DNA of 52,797 nucleotides, counting the filler, from Basidiobolus ranarum (lineage: Eukaryota), in NCBI GenBank assembly GCA_040143965.1. It is 2 parts of 2 records of this genome, joined end to end, with 100 filler letters (N's around TTAATTAATTAA, not from the genome) between each part and the next. Parts side by side here need not be neighbours in the genome. Positions count along the whole stretch, not along the records: positions 1 to 26,382 come from JASJQH010007007.1; 1 more part is not named here. The stretch is one strand, 5' to 3'. Of this stretch, positions 11,963 to 24,418 are shown piece after piece; within the stretch, counting starts at the first letter, position 1, and every line of letters starts with the position of its first letter. The notes beneath the pieces are model-generated. The model searched no databases, had not been told where the DNA came from, and was given only the letters and a program-made list of their open reading frames with translations. A program made the position numbers and the translations under genes.

Positions 11963-13366
11963 TCAACCATTAACTAATAATGGCATTCTATCGTGTGCTT
12001 CCCCGGTAGACGTTGGGCTTTCCAAAGAGTCATCGTTGTTGGTTTCCTTGGTATGGCTTTGTATAGAACAAAGAAGAATACCGGCCAAGAAACCACAAAA
12101 GGCCAAGATAATGAAGAATACTTGAATCGCTAGAAAATTACCTGTCCATACCCGGATCTTTGCAATGATCATAGGGACCCCGGTGATGGCTAGATTGAAT
12201 GAAATAACGCTGATCCCAATCCCGGTCCCAAGTTGTCGTTCATGTACAAGGCCAGGGACTGATGGCCACAAAGCAGCAGCAAATATAGAGTATCCTAATC
12301 CAAGCATGATGTATGGAATGACAGGGGTGATGGAAGTAAAGGCAAGTAAACTGTGAACCACCATGATGATTAACGCACTAAAAGTCATCAGTTCTCCGTG
12401 ATACCCGATTCGGTCTATAATTAGACCACACAGAGGAGTACCAAAGGATGATAGTAAACTGGGAATAGACATGACGGTGCCTGCGGTCTCTGGTTGGCCA
12501 GGGTATTTTTCGGATTGCAAGTAATCGGAAGATATGTACAAAAATGGTTGCACTGAGCCATATAATGTAACAGCTAGTATACAAAGTAACCAAAAGGCTG
12601 GCTTTAGGTTTAGTATATCTTTAAACCTGATCTTTCGATTTCCATCCGCAATGTTGCCTTTGTTTTCTAGATTCACGCCTGCCTGAATACGTGCTCGAGG
12701 ACTATCCATATGAATTAGAAGAGAGGAGCCAAGAGCCGACAACAAGCACATCCCCAATCCAAACCAAGCCACCATAGAGATATTTCCAAAGTAGTGGTAA
12801 AGCCTTGGGGAAACAATGGCATCTCCAGCAGCAGCCCATCGATCAAAAGTTAGATTCAAGGCCAAAGCAAAGGCAAGTAAACTACCACGAAACCAGTCAG
12901 TCGTTAATTTGTTCTGCACTATCTCCGAGCTGCCACTCCCAATTCCAAATAAAGTACGCCCTAGGCACATAATCCAGAATGTTTTCAGGCTAATTCCTAG
13001 AGCAAACAATGCATGCCCAATACATAAAATCATGGTGAAGAGAGTCAATGCAAATTTCGAGCCGATCTGATCTATTAAGATCCCACTAATAAACGGGAAT
13101 ACTATGTTGGGCAAAGAGGTGACAGAGAACAGTAAATTTACTTTGTATTGCCAGTCGTCCAAGTCGATCTCCATGTGTTGCCTTAGTTCGCGGTTAAGCA
13201 CACCTGGCATGTCATAGCAAAAGTAGCTACCAACCAAGATAGAACACGCAGCGATGAGAAACGCCCCACGATATACATTGGTGGCTTTTTTGATGTTGGG
13301 TTTTGTTCTCAAGGACTTATCCTTCTTGGCATATGTGTAAGAGCAACCTCCGCAATCAGAAGTCAT
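11963..13366 (-). CDS. Major facilitator superfamily transporter, MFSD1-like; probable ATG at 13366
   Basis: About 12 hydrophobic segments; GSYFCYDMP, GILIDQIG, GRTLFGIG, WFRG motifs; C-terminal DRMPLL acidic dileucine motif. The ORF-track start (13504) is a non-ATG extension. Confidence 0.88.
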   Translation of the reverse strand: MTSDCGGCSYTYAKKDKSLRTKPNIKKATNVYRGAFLIAACSILVGSYFCYDMPGVLNRELRQHMEIDLDDWQYKVNLLFSVTSLPNIVFPFISGILIDQIGSKFALTLFTMILCIGHALFALGISLKTFWIMCLGRTLFGIGSGSSEIVQNKLTTDWFRGSLLAFALALNLTFDRWAAAGDAIVSPRLYHYFGNISMVAWFGLGMCLLSALGSSLLIHMDSPRARIQAGVNLENKGNIADGNRKIRFKDILNLKPAFWLLCILAVTLYGSVQPFLYISSDYLQSEKYPGQPETAGTVMSIPSLLSSFGTPLCGLIIDRIGYHGELMTFSALIIMVVHSLLAFTSITPVIPYIMLGLGYSIFAAALWPSVPGLVHERQLGTGIGISVISFNLAITGVPMIIAKIRVWTGNFLAIQVFFIILAFCGFLAGILLCSIQSHTKETNNDDSLESPTSTGEAHDRMPLLVNG

Positions 13367-14216
13367 GATGTTACAGCAAGGTAAAAAATAGTATCTAAAA
13401 AAGCCCAAGATGCGTCTACAAGGGAGCTGTAAAGAAAAATATCTCGAAAGGGAAGCACAAATGAGAATGCGTCTAAAGGAAACCAATCTAAGAAAATGAT
13501 ACAAAGTATTAACAACTAACTAGACACAAGGAGCATTCACAACAAAAGGTGATTTATAGCAAACACCAAACGAAATCTCTGCCGAAGAACTCTATCTATT
13601 GCTGCAGCATCTGTTCTCTTCTGTCGGTGGTGCATCCTTGCTTGTCGGATATCTCGACTTGATCCAGATTAATCAGTTGTACGTTGCTCAGTCTGAATTC
13701 AGGTTCACATTGTGATGTACTGTTTATTTGAAACATGCCATAGCTACATCATGAAACACATTGAAATCCCCTAAACATTCATACTATCTTAATGTGACTG
13801 ATAAGGTCAGATGACTCTTTTCTATACGATGGATTGTATTTTTAGTTTCAGAATATTCCACCATCATGTGACCAATCAATGACCTGTATGTCTTATTCTC
13901 TGAGATCCCTTGAAACTTGGTACTGTGATCCTGGAAATGTCAAGATAGAGTGACTCGATCGGGTTACTGCAAATAGGAAGAGTATTTTGGATCAAACCAA
14001 AGTTGTTCAAGAAAGTCTTGGAAGATGGGAAACGTTTCCATTTTTAGAAGATCATGTCAAGTATTTATAGGCGAACTCGAATCTTTCTATTTTCGTATTA
14101 TCGTGCTCTCTGCACATATTTTCATGACAGCGTTTTTGAAGCAGTAAAGCTCAACTCTTTATATATATATATATCTTTCGCTTATCAGAACATTTATTGT
14201 TCGTAACTTTTCACAT

Positions 14217-17200
14217 ATGAGTAGTTCTCATTATGATAACATGGAGGCTGCAGCTGACTGTGGGGAACTTAATGTGGACGATAGTCAAATGGACTGGGTG
14301 AAACATAAGAAAAGTGATGATCCTTTGCTGACAAAAACTTGCCAGGCTCCCAAGCCTCCTACTAGGCAAGCTTTTCATCGTTATAATACAGATACAGCTC
14401 GCGTGAGAACTATACCCGCGGTTGGAACCAGAACTACTCGAAGTGAGTTTTCAACATTTGGAAAACGGGACGCAAATGATCCAGTATTTCAAGCTTTAGA
14501 CGAAAAGTATTCATAGTCTTGATTTCTCCCTTACTTCACTTTTTCTCACACACGAACTCCTTTCTTAATAGCTCTCCAGAACTTCATGCGTTAAGCGAAA
14601 AGAGACAAATGAGCCTTCTACAAGTTCTTCGAACCCGACATGGTTGGACATACGATGCAATTCGAGACGAATATAAGTCACGAAAAGAGAGGCAGCGGTC
14701 AGTTGAAGTAAAAATATACTATTTACCCAAACTCTTACCTAATCTCACGATTTCTCTATTCCAGTAAAAATGAACGTGGTCATAGTTTCCGCAGTTATAT
14801 CAAAACACTGCTGAACTACGAGTTCTACCAAGACAAATTTTTAAGCTTTGTAAATTCTCAACAGCGACGAATTTTCTTTGTGAGTTATCAGTAAACTATA
14901 TCCTGAGTTGATGACAGAATAGATAATAATGGATATTTATAGATCATACTTGATTTGATCGCCGATGCTTTGTTTTGTGTCTTGTACTTGGTAGAAATGC
15001 AGATGTCGGATGTAACCGAATTCTCACCCACATGGCTCTGGATACAACGCCCGGCTGTTGTTTGGTACTTGATGATTGCCATGACTTGTGAAAATATCAT
15101 CTCCCGCCTCTTACGTTAGTACTAGTACAGCTATCACCAGCATACATCAATCATCATTAACTGACTTTCATGCAGGGATTACTTTCAGCCCAGGGAGTAG
15201 GTAACATAATCTAACATACACATGAAATAGTAGAGTCGAGATTAACGGGGCAAATCGGGTGATTTTAGATGGTCTGTTATTATTAGTTTATACACGTTCC
15301 TGGATTTAATTACTGGGGTTCCAGTGATTTGTAGTATTTTCTTAACGCACGGACAGTATTTATACGGTAAATTACATGAAGCTCATCTCCGAATTGCTCC
15401 AAAGATTGCTAAATCTCTTTTGTTAAGTTCCGTACTTTCTTCGAAGTATTGTAGTGGTGTGGCGTATTAAGCGTGCGCTCAATATTCGCATGGATTCCGG
15501 AGTCGCTGGTTTGTATTCGGAGATCACGTTTAATTATGACCAGAACTAATGCTATGAATTCAGATAAACTCTATGATCCGCTGCTGATGAAGCTCACTGT
15601 ATTGGTGGCTTACATCGTCATCATTGTCTACAACGGCATGGCAGCGTTCCAGTACTTTGAACTGATGTTCGGAAACAAGAACTACGAAATCATTGACAGC
15701 TTTTACTTTACAATCATTACTGTGTCCACTGTCGGTTATGGTGACATAGCCCCGAACTCCATACCCGCCAAATTCGTAGTGATTGTATTGATCATTGTTG
15801 TCGTGACCATCTTGCCGGGGCTGATTTCGGATACCATCGAAACCTTGAACCAAAAAAAAGGTAAGTCTGCTGAATTGCAGGTATTACTTACTAGTATTAA
15901 CCAATATGATCCCAAACAGCTGGCGGAGGTTCGTATGATAAGAATCAAAGCAGCAACCTTATAGTCGTATGTGGATCATTCGATCGCATACAACGGGTGC
16001 AAGATGTTCTCAATGGGTTTCTCCATCAAGAAAGACAATCGGCTATGACGAACCTGGTGTTCCTTGGGTGTGACCAGCCTACGGTACAAGTCAGTACACT
16101 CTTGAATACGCCTGCTTACAAGGGCCGAGTGACTTACTTGCAAGGATCTGTTTTGGTATGAATTGATTCGAAGAATTCTTACCCGAGTTTTTATTGATGT
16201 TCTTCGGTTTGGTCATAGGATACTCGAGATTTGCAGAGAGCCTGTGTGGAAAAAGCCCAGGCTGTATTTCTTCTCTCTGGTATTTACTTGGTAAACGTGT
16301 ATTTTGAGGGGAACTAATCTAACAATAGATTAAACAGATCGCGACGCAGAAGATACCATCGAAGAAGATGAAAATAATACTCTTCGAGTTTGGTCTATTC
16401 ATATTCATGCCTCCCACGTTCCCATCTATACCTACAATCTGCATCCGTATACTTCCATTTACCAGAAAAGTGTCACGAAGCAAACCATTTGTCCCAAGGA
16501 GTTCCAGCAAGTAAGCGCTCATCACCCACATCTGTATTCCATACACCCTTACTAACCTGTTCTTACACGTAGGCTCTGATTGGACATAACTGTCTTTACA
16601 AGGGATCGGCCACATTGATTTTAAATCTATTGTATAACAGTCGACCTATCGACAAATACTCTGAGCCATGGCAAGCTCAATATGGTATTGTTACCTCAAT
16701 CTTTGTAATCTCTGCCAAAACACCAGTATACTGATTGTGAGAAACATTAGATGACGGTTCAGGTAACGAAATCTACTCAGGTCACGTTAATCCGGTATTT
16801 GTTGGGAAGCCTTTTGCTTATGTCTCCTGGGTAAGTATGAGCTGCCACTTTGCCAGTGCTCCAATGTGTTAACCTGGATCTCTCGTAGTATATATATCAA
16901 GAGTTCCAAGCGATACTGTTCGCAGTAAACGTATATGTCAAGAGATCGGATACTCATCATCTTGTTCTCAACCCTGGCAGTCATTATGAACTTGACTCTA
17001 AAGATATCTGCTATTATATCAGTCAAAGTCCTCAGGAAGTCCAAGATATCTCCAACATGGTAAATATCTTGTGGGTTGAATCTCTGATGGAGTTGTCTAA
17101 CATGCATCTATTCTAGACCCCTAGTGAGTTTGAAAACTCTTTGAATCACATTCAATACTTAACTCCAACTGAACAAGATCTGCTAACAAACCCACACGCC

Positions 17201-18588
17201 TCATCTAAACACTCTTGTTGCAAGCGAAAATCAATCATAGGCAGATTTCCTTCGATCAACCCTAATATCATTATTGGTCAACCTGTACCTCTCTATGAGC
17301 AGTCCGTGACGCCATTGTGTCATTTGCTCAAGTACCCGATTGATACAGTCGATCAGATGATCTTGAGCGATGCACGTCGAATGGCTGGTCATATATTGAT
17401 TTGCTCTGGCTTTTCAAACCCATTCCGTTTGATATGTACCTTGAGGTAAGTAGTTCGACATACGGAGGTGTTTGAAAGCTCATTGTTGACCACCAACCTC
17501 TAGAGCTGCCCACATCACAGAATCAGAACACCGCACCATTGTTATTCTACGTAGCACACCTCCCTCCGAATCTGACGTAAAAACCCTAGGAGCTTTCCCC
17601 GATGTTTTCTTTGTTGTTGTAAGTTTTCGACACTAGCCGCGTTATCGTCAGATTGATTCCAATATTTTCTGGTTATTAGGGACAAAAAAGAAGCGAGCAG
17701 GATCTGCTTCGAGCCGGTATACTTGGGGCCAGCAGAATTATTATATTGCGAAAACAAGATTTCTCCCAGAAACATAACGAATATGTAGATACAACAGTCA
17801 TGTAATACACTTACCCTTTAGTTCATCGACTTCCAAGAAAATCCATTAATCTTTGAGGATTCTTTAGTATGTGCAATCAACTGGTCAGAAGAATTTTGAA
17901 GCAACATGATGAAAGTAAATACATCATCGTAGAGATAGGTTCGTAAACTTCGATGCTAAATGGAATAACTGTCAGAAACTGTTACTAAATAGCTCCATAT
18001 CAGTCGAGCAAGCAAACGTCAAACTGCTGCAAGCTACCAATTCCCATCACAGGGACAAATTTACCAACATCTTTACCCACACAAGTAGCTATGCATCTGG
18101 CCAGGTCTTTGTGGATTGCTCTATAGATCATCTATTTTACCAAGTTCGTAAGCATTTCTCAACTTGTCGAAGTTCCACTCTAACATCATGTTCTATTAGA
18201 GCTATCACAATGGAGCCATTATGAAAATAGTCAAACTTCTTTGCGGCTTGCGTAGCCAGAAAGACATCGCCTTTGATACCAAGCTGAATATAACATCTTC
18301 GTATTTGTGTTATATACAAGTACCACCAAAATTCGTGGTATGTACTAATCATCAGTCCTCTTATACCATCACGACCTTACGTGAATTCTTTTGCTGATTT
18401 AGGGTAGACCTTACGATGCGCTATATAGAGAACTCGCCACCGAGCAAGGGATCATTCCTCTAGGTCTGCTACGTGCCCCAAGCATGGACCTTGGCAATAT
18501 TTCCCCTTTTGTCTTGACGAACCCTGTGCCAGCCATTTTGCTCCGAGATCATGATTTGATTTATGTGTTGAAGGTTTCATTTGATTAA
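14217..18588 (+). CDS. Multi-exon Slo/KCa-family potassium channel (TM core plus RCK domains)
   Basis: Spliced reading gives an S4-like VPYFLRSIVVVWRIKRALNIR, pore FYFTIITVSTVGYGDIAP, RCK-start LIVVCGSF, YLQGSVL, EEDENNTLRVWSI, WQAQYDDGSGNEIY and C-terminal FVLTNPVPAILLRDHDLIYVL; GT-AG introns at the junctions traced (not all central exons checked). Confidence 0.85.
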
Positions 18589-19010
18589 TGCCTAATAATG
18601 TGTGTTCGTGTGAGTGCTTTTGCAGCTACCTTGTCTTCAGTTTTGACATTCATATCCATGTCGCTGTTATCTGAATTAACATTTGGTTGGATCCATCATT
18701 GTTCTGTTGGCTGCTATGTCACATGATCGTTCTACGATAACACTATCTTCTGCGACATACGGAATTCGTTGACTGTACCAGTGCCACTGCAGTGTTAGAT
18801 ACCTATTTAAAGATTCTTCGCTTAATGTTGCGTACATGTTGCACTTTCGAATATAGAACAATCACTAAAGGAATCATTGCAGGATTTCTAACCAATCCCC
18901 AAATATATCAATCAAAAAAAATTCCTAGAAAAATTTATTCATTTATATTTGCTTGATTTCATACCATACTATACCATACTATATTCAACCGCAAGAACGA
19001 ATACTAAATC

Positions 19011-20089
19011 ATGTTTGCACGTCGTGGCTTAAATACCTTCTTTCGACAAACTCAGCGTAGCTATGCAACAGCTAACCCAAAAAAAATCCAATACAACAGT
19101 CTAAAGCCATATGTATTAGTAGGGACTGGTTTATGCTTGGGTGGGTATGGGCTTTTAAGCTATCAAAAGAGCGGTACTGCTGCTATCGATTCTGATTGTT
19201 ATACTCCTTTGTCCATTCAAGAAATCAAGAAAGTCAACCACGATACTAGAATCTATAAATTAGCCTACAAAAATAAGAACGCTTGTGTTGAAATTCCCCT
19301 CTCTAGTTCGGTATATGTAAAAGATGATTCTATGCAAATCATGCGACCTTTCACACCTGTTTCTGATTCGGACACAAAAGGCCACTTAGAATTACTGATT
19401 AAACTTTATCCAGACGGCTCCATGTCCCAATTTTTGAAGGATCGAACGGTTGGAGATATACTTGAGGTCCGTGGCCCCATTATAAATTGGGAATATCAAC
19501 CTAATTCTTATCGGGAAATTGGAATGGTAAACTTTATAGACTAATTAAGTTTTATGGCACTTTAACCTTATACTAATGTTGTCTTGTGGATCATGTTACT
19601 ATGAAAGGTTGCGGGTGGTACTGGTATAACCCCTATGTATCAAATTATTCGAGGCATTCTACGCAATCCGGAGGATAAAACTAAGATTTCATTAATTTAT
19701 GCCAACCGTAGCGAAGAAGACATCCTTCTACGTCAAGAACTGGAGTCCTTGGCAAAGAACCATGCCGATCAATTTACCCTCTACTTTGTGGTGGATAAAG
19801 CGACTGAAGTTGAAAAATGGAGCCAGGGAGTTGGTTTCATTACTAAAGACATGCTTTCTCAACAGTTACCCAAACCTGGAGATGGCATCAAAGTTCTTGT
19901 GTGTGGCCCTGAAGGGTAATTTTACTTTAATTGAGAATTTTTGTTTCTTCTTGATACTTAACGAGCCTTTTCTTTGATAGATTGATGCGTCATATCTCTG
20001 GCCAGCGTGCTCGCGATTGGTCTCAGGGCTTAGTAAGTGGACTGTTACAAGAGCTGGACTACACTCCAGAACACGTTCATAAATTTTAA
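19011..20089 (+). CDS. NADH-cytochrome b5 reductase family flavoprotein, probably mitochondrial (Mcr1/Cyc2-like), 3 exons
   Basis: Arg-rich presequence plus TM; RPFTPVS, KLYPDGSMS, GMVAGGTGITPMYQ (across an intron), VLVCGPEG, ends VHKF-TAA. Confidence 0.92.
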
Positions 20090-20686
20090 TCACTTCAAAT
20101 GGATCTCATATTTATGAAGTTGAATTGCATGCACATCTCATTAATAGAGCAACTACGTATTGCCCAATAATCATCATCAATCAAACAAGCAAAGAATAAA
20201 TCGCATTGGAACTAATCGCTACTTTGTGTGTAGTTCTCATTGGCATTTGAGTATTTGAGTTGTTAACAATTACTTGTTGTGATCATTGGAATAAAGCGAT
20301 CCTATTGGGTAAAATGTTGGTACGTTTAAACCCAAACTATTTTACACACTTTTATAGGTAAGCCTAACAGGTTCAGGTCTGTGACGTATACCTACTATGG
20401 TGCGGGAACAGCCCACATTTTCCGTTGTCCATGGCCAATATGCATTGGAATTAAGGTTCGATTCCGAACTCAAATGCCATATATGGAGCCTGGGGTGCTG
20501 GGTTCCTTCACATCGTTCGTTCACTGATTTTATCATTATAAATTTTCAATTTCTACCTGTTCCCATTGTCCCCTTCAGAATTAAATTACACGCGGCTTTG
20601 ATAGCATTTTTCAAGTGGTTCCCAATTTTGAGTGGTGCTGAACTTGACCTTTTATCTTTTTCTCTTATACTGTGTGTTGAATAGAA

Positions 20687-23600
20687 ATGAGTTGGGCAAA
20701 AAAAGACGAGGATGGAGGTACTTGGTCTTCTTTTGTTATATTATCTTGTGAACCTTTTATTCATCTTCTGGTTACCGTTTATTATGAACTCTAGGTGAGT
20801 CTGGACTTTTGCATCACCTCGACAAGACCACAGTTCTACAAGAGGCTCGAGTATTCAACGAGACTCCCATCTCACCTAAAAAGTGTCGTATACTACTGGC
20901 TAAAATTGCCTATTTGTTATATGTGGGAGAATCGTTTGCTACCAATGAGGCCACTGACCTATTTTTCAGCATCACCAAACTTTTCCAATCCAAAGATGTA
21001 TATTTTAAACTTCTCATAACACTTTATTTCTAACCTGTATAGCTTAACAAGAATTCTTTTCCCTATATAGACTTCTTTACGTCAAATAGTTTATCTGGTG
21101 ATCAAGGAGCTCTCCACTGTCGCTCAAGATGTCATCATGATTACAAGTAGTTTAACTAGAGATATGCAGCCTAACTCTGAGGCTATTTACCGTTCAAATG
21201 CTATTCGTGCTCTTTGTAAGATCGTTGATGTAAGCTTACTTAAACATACTTTACCAATTTTCTTTCGTAAATATTGACGGTTTTCGGTGTAGGGTAACAT
21301 GCTTCAAGGTGTCGAGCGTTTCTTGAAGGCAGCTATTGTTGATAAAACTACCTCTATCTCCTCTGCTGCTTTAGTATCTAGTTATCATATGCTCCCAATT
21401 GCCAAAGATGTGGTACGTCGTTGGGCTAATGAGGTTCAAGAAGCTATGAACTCCAAATCTGGTTTGGGTTTTATGTCCACTTCCTCATATACCGGCAACG
21501 GTGTTATGTCTCAGTACCACGCAATGGGACTTTTATACCAGATAAGACAGCATGATCGTATGGCAGTTATCAAACTTGTTCAATCTTTCGCTGGTTCTGG
21601 TAGAGGATTTTTGAGCTCTTCTGCTACTCTTCGTAGTACTATGGCTCATTGTCTATTAATCAGATATGCCTGTAAGGTTATGGAAGAGGATCCTAGGTTT
21701 GTTTATTTATATTCTCTGCGTTCATTACCCGCTCATTTCTCTAAACAATATCTCACTTTAGCACCCAAAGACAACTCTTCGAGTTACTTGAGGGATGGCT
21801 TCGTCACAAGAGTGACATGGTTAACTTTGAGGCGGCAAAGGCCATTTGTAATATGCAAAATTTAAGTGCCAAAGACTTATTTTCAGCAGTATCAGGTAAG
21901 TTTAAAGAGAATTCATAATCCAATGAACAAGAAACTTAACAAAATTTGAACATTTTTAGTTTTACAACATTTCCTTTCTTCCTCTAAGCCAACCCTTCGT
22001 TTCGCTGCTATCCGTACATTGAATAGATTGGCTATGACCAATCCTACCGCAGTTACAGTCTGTAATATTGATATGGAGAATCTTATCACTGACTCTAATC
22101 GTAGTGTAGCTACCTTTGCTATCACTACATTGCTTAAAACCGGTAATGAGGCCAGTGTGGATAGACTTATGAAGCAAATCACCGGTTTCATGTCGGAAAT
22201 CTCGGATGAATTCAAAGTGATCGTTGTTGAAGCCATCAGATCCTTGTGTCTAAAATTCCCAGCCAAACACGGTACCATGCTCGCTTTCTTGAGCAGTATG
22301 TTAAGAGATGAAGGAGGTTATGAGTTTAAACGAGCAGTCGTCGAAGCTATCTTTGATCTAATCAAGAGTATTCCTGAGTCAAAGGAAGTCGCTTTATCAC
22401 ATTTATGTGAGTTTATTGAGGATTGTGAATTCACCAAGATCTCGGTTCGTATCCTTCATCTTTTGGGTGTGGAAGGTCCTAAAACTCCTACTCCAACCGT
22501 GTATATTCGTTATATTTATAACAGAATTATACTTGAAAATGCTATCGTACGTGCGGCCGCTGTTAGCGCTTTAGGTAAATTCGGTGTCAATGTGGCTGAT
22601 GAGAATGTCAAAAAGAGTGTACGTGTACTTTTGACTAGATGTCTCGACGATGTAGATGATGAGGTTCGTGATCGTGCCACTTGGGCTCTTAAGGTTATGG
22701 GTGATGAAGTGACTGCTGAAAAGTATGTTAAAGACGATTCCTCGTATGCATTGGCAGCTCTTGAGAGAAGCCTCGTTGATTACTGCAGTGCTCCGGAAAG
22801 AACTGAAGTTCCATTCGATATCTCCATAATCCCCCAGATCACTAGAAAACAAGCAGAGGCTGAACGTCACACTGTCAGTGCTATTGATTATGCTAATCTT
22901 GGTACTGTACCAAGTGTAGCTGGTCCTGGTGCGCCTGCAGCTGCTCAAAAGGCTAAGCCATCTAATGTTGACCAACAATTATCATATGCTAAGGAAATAG
23001 CCAAGATTCCCGAATTTGCCAGTTACGGACCACTTTTCAAGAGCAGCTTAAAGCCAGTTGAGCTTACTGAAAGTGAGACTGAGTACGTGGTTACTTGCAC
23101 AAAACATATGTTCTCAGAACATGTTGTGTTCCAATTCCATTGTCACAATACTCTTAACGATTCCCTTTTGGAAAATGTCTCAGTAATCATGCAGACAGAT
23201 GATGAAGGATTAGAGGAAATCGAGAATATTCCCGTTGAACAACTTGCTTATGATGTCCCTGGATCGGTCTTTGTTTCATTCAAGAGAGAAGATTCTGAGG
23301 CTTTCCCAGTTGCAACTTTCTCCAATACCATGAAATTCGTTGTTAAGGATTGCGATCCAACTACCGGGGAACCTGATGAACAGGGTTACGAGGACGAGTA
23401 TTTGGTACGTATATTGCATGATTTAGTGGTTTGCTAGTTGTACTAAAAACAATGATTGAATATTAGTTAGAGGATGTCGAACTCAGCATTGGCGATTATA
23501 TTCTTCCTTCCTACATTAGTGATTTCGCAAGAGTTTGGGGAGAACTTGGTGAAGAAGCTGAAGTGGTAGAAACTTTTGCATTAACAGCACTGGATAGTCT

Positions 23601-23909
23601 TCAGAGTAATTAGCAATTATACAATCAATTTACCCTATACTCCAGCTAATCTCATTCACATTGGATGCTTTATCAGCTGCCGTTACATCCATCGTCGATA
23701 TTCTTAGTATGCAGCCACTGGAAAATACGGACACACCCAAGAGTCAAACAACTCATACACTCTTCCTCTCTGGTATTTTCCTTGGTGGAATTAAAGTGTT
23801 GGTCAAATCTCGTATGTCTTTCACTAAAACTACCGGAGTTACCATGGAGTTCTCCGTGCGTAGTAGTGATGAAGAAGTTAGTCGATTTGTTATGGCTACC
23901 ATCGCCTAA
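20687..23909 (+). CDS. SEC21: Coatomer subunit gamma (gamma-COP), multi-exon
   Basis: MSWAKKDED start exon; [60 protein letters not shown]. Confidence 0.97.
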
Positions 23910-24418
23910 GTATGAAAATACTTGACTCTTATTTTATTTTATAAAGCTTACATTTCTTGGGAAGATGCATACTCTTTTTTATGTATTTTACCTGTCCCAC
24001 CTCCTTCTCTTCCCCTCTCTTTTACCTTCCACCAGAGAGTGCCCACCACGATATAAAAATAAATATAATTAGTGGAAAAAAACATCCCCCCCCAGTTTAA
24101 TCGAAGTATTCAAAGTAAATGTTGTATTTCTTCATTTAGAATTACACCTACCTTATTTTAATATTGTTCAATCTACAAACTGGTGATAGTTATTTCACTC
24201 GCTCAAAAATCTCAACTATAAATTGGTTTATTTTAAATCACTCTTAAATAAATCCCTTGAGATAACTCCATGCTAAATATAACTGAGAAATTTCAAATAT
24301 AAAAAAGTTGCCTAACTTGACGGATAATTTATGATACAATTTTTGAATGCAATAAATGTTAAATTTTGTTGAAATGTTTGGATATAGTGAATTATTTTCC
24401 GAAGAGTTTTCAATGAGA

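Noticed and set aside
20454-20464. GGTTCGATTCC Pol III B-box / tRNA T-loop motif
   Set aside because: The flanks do not form a T-stem or cloverleaf
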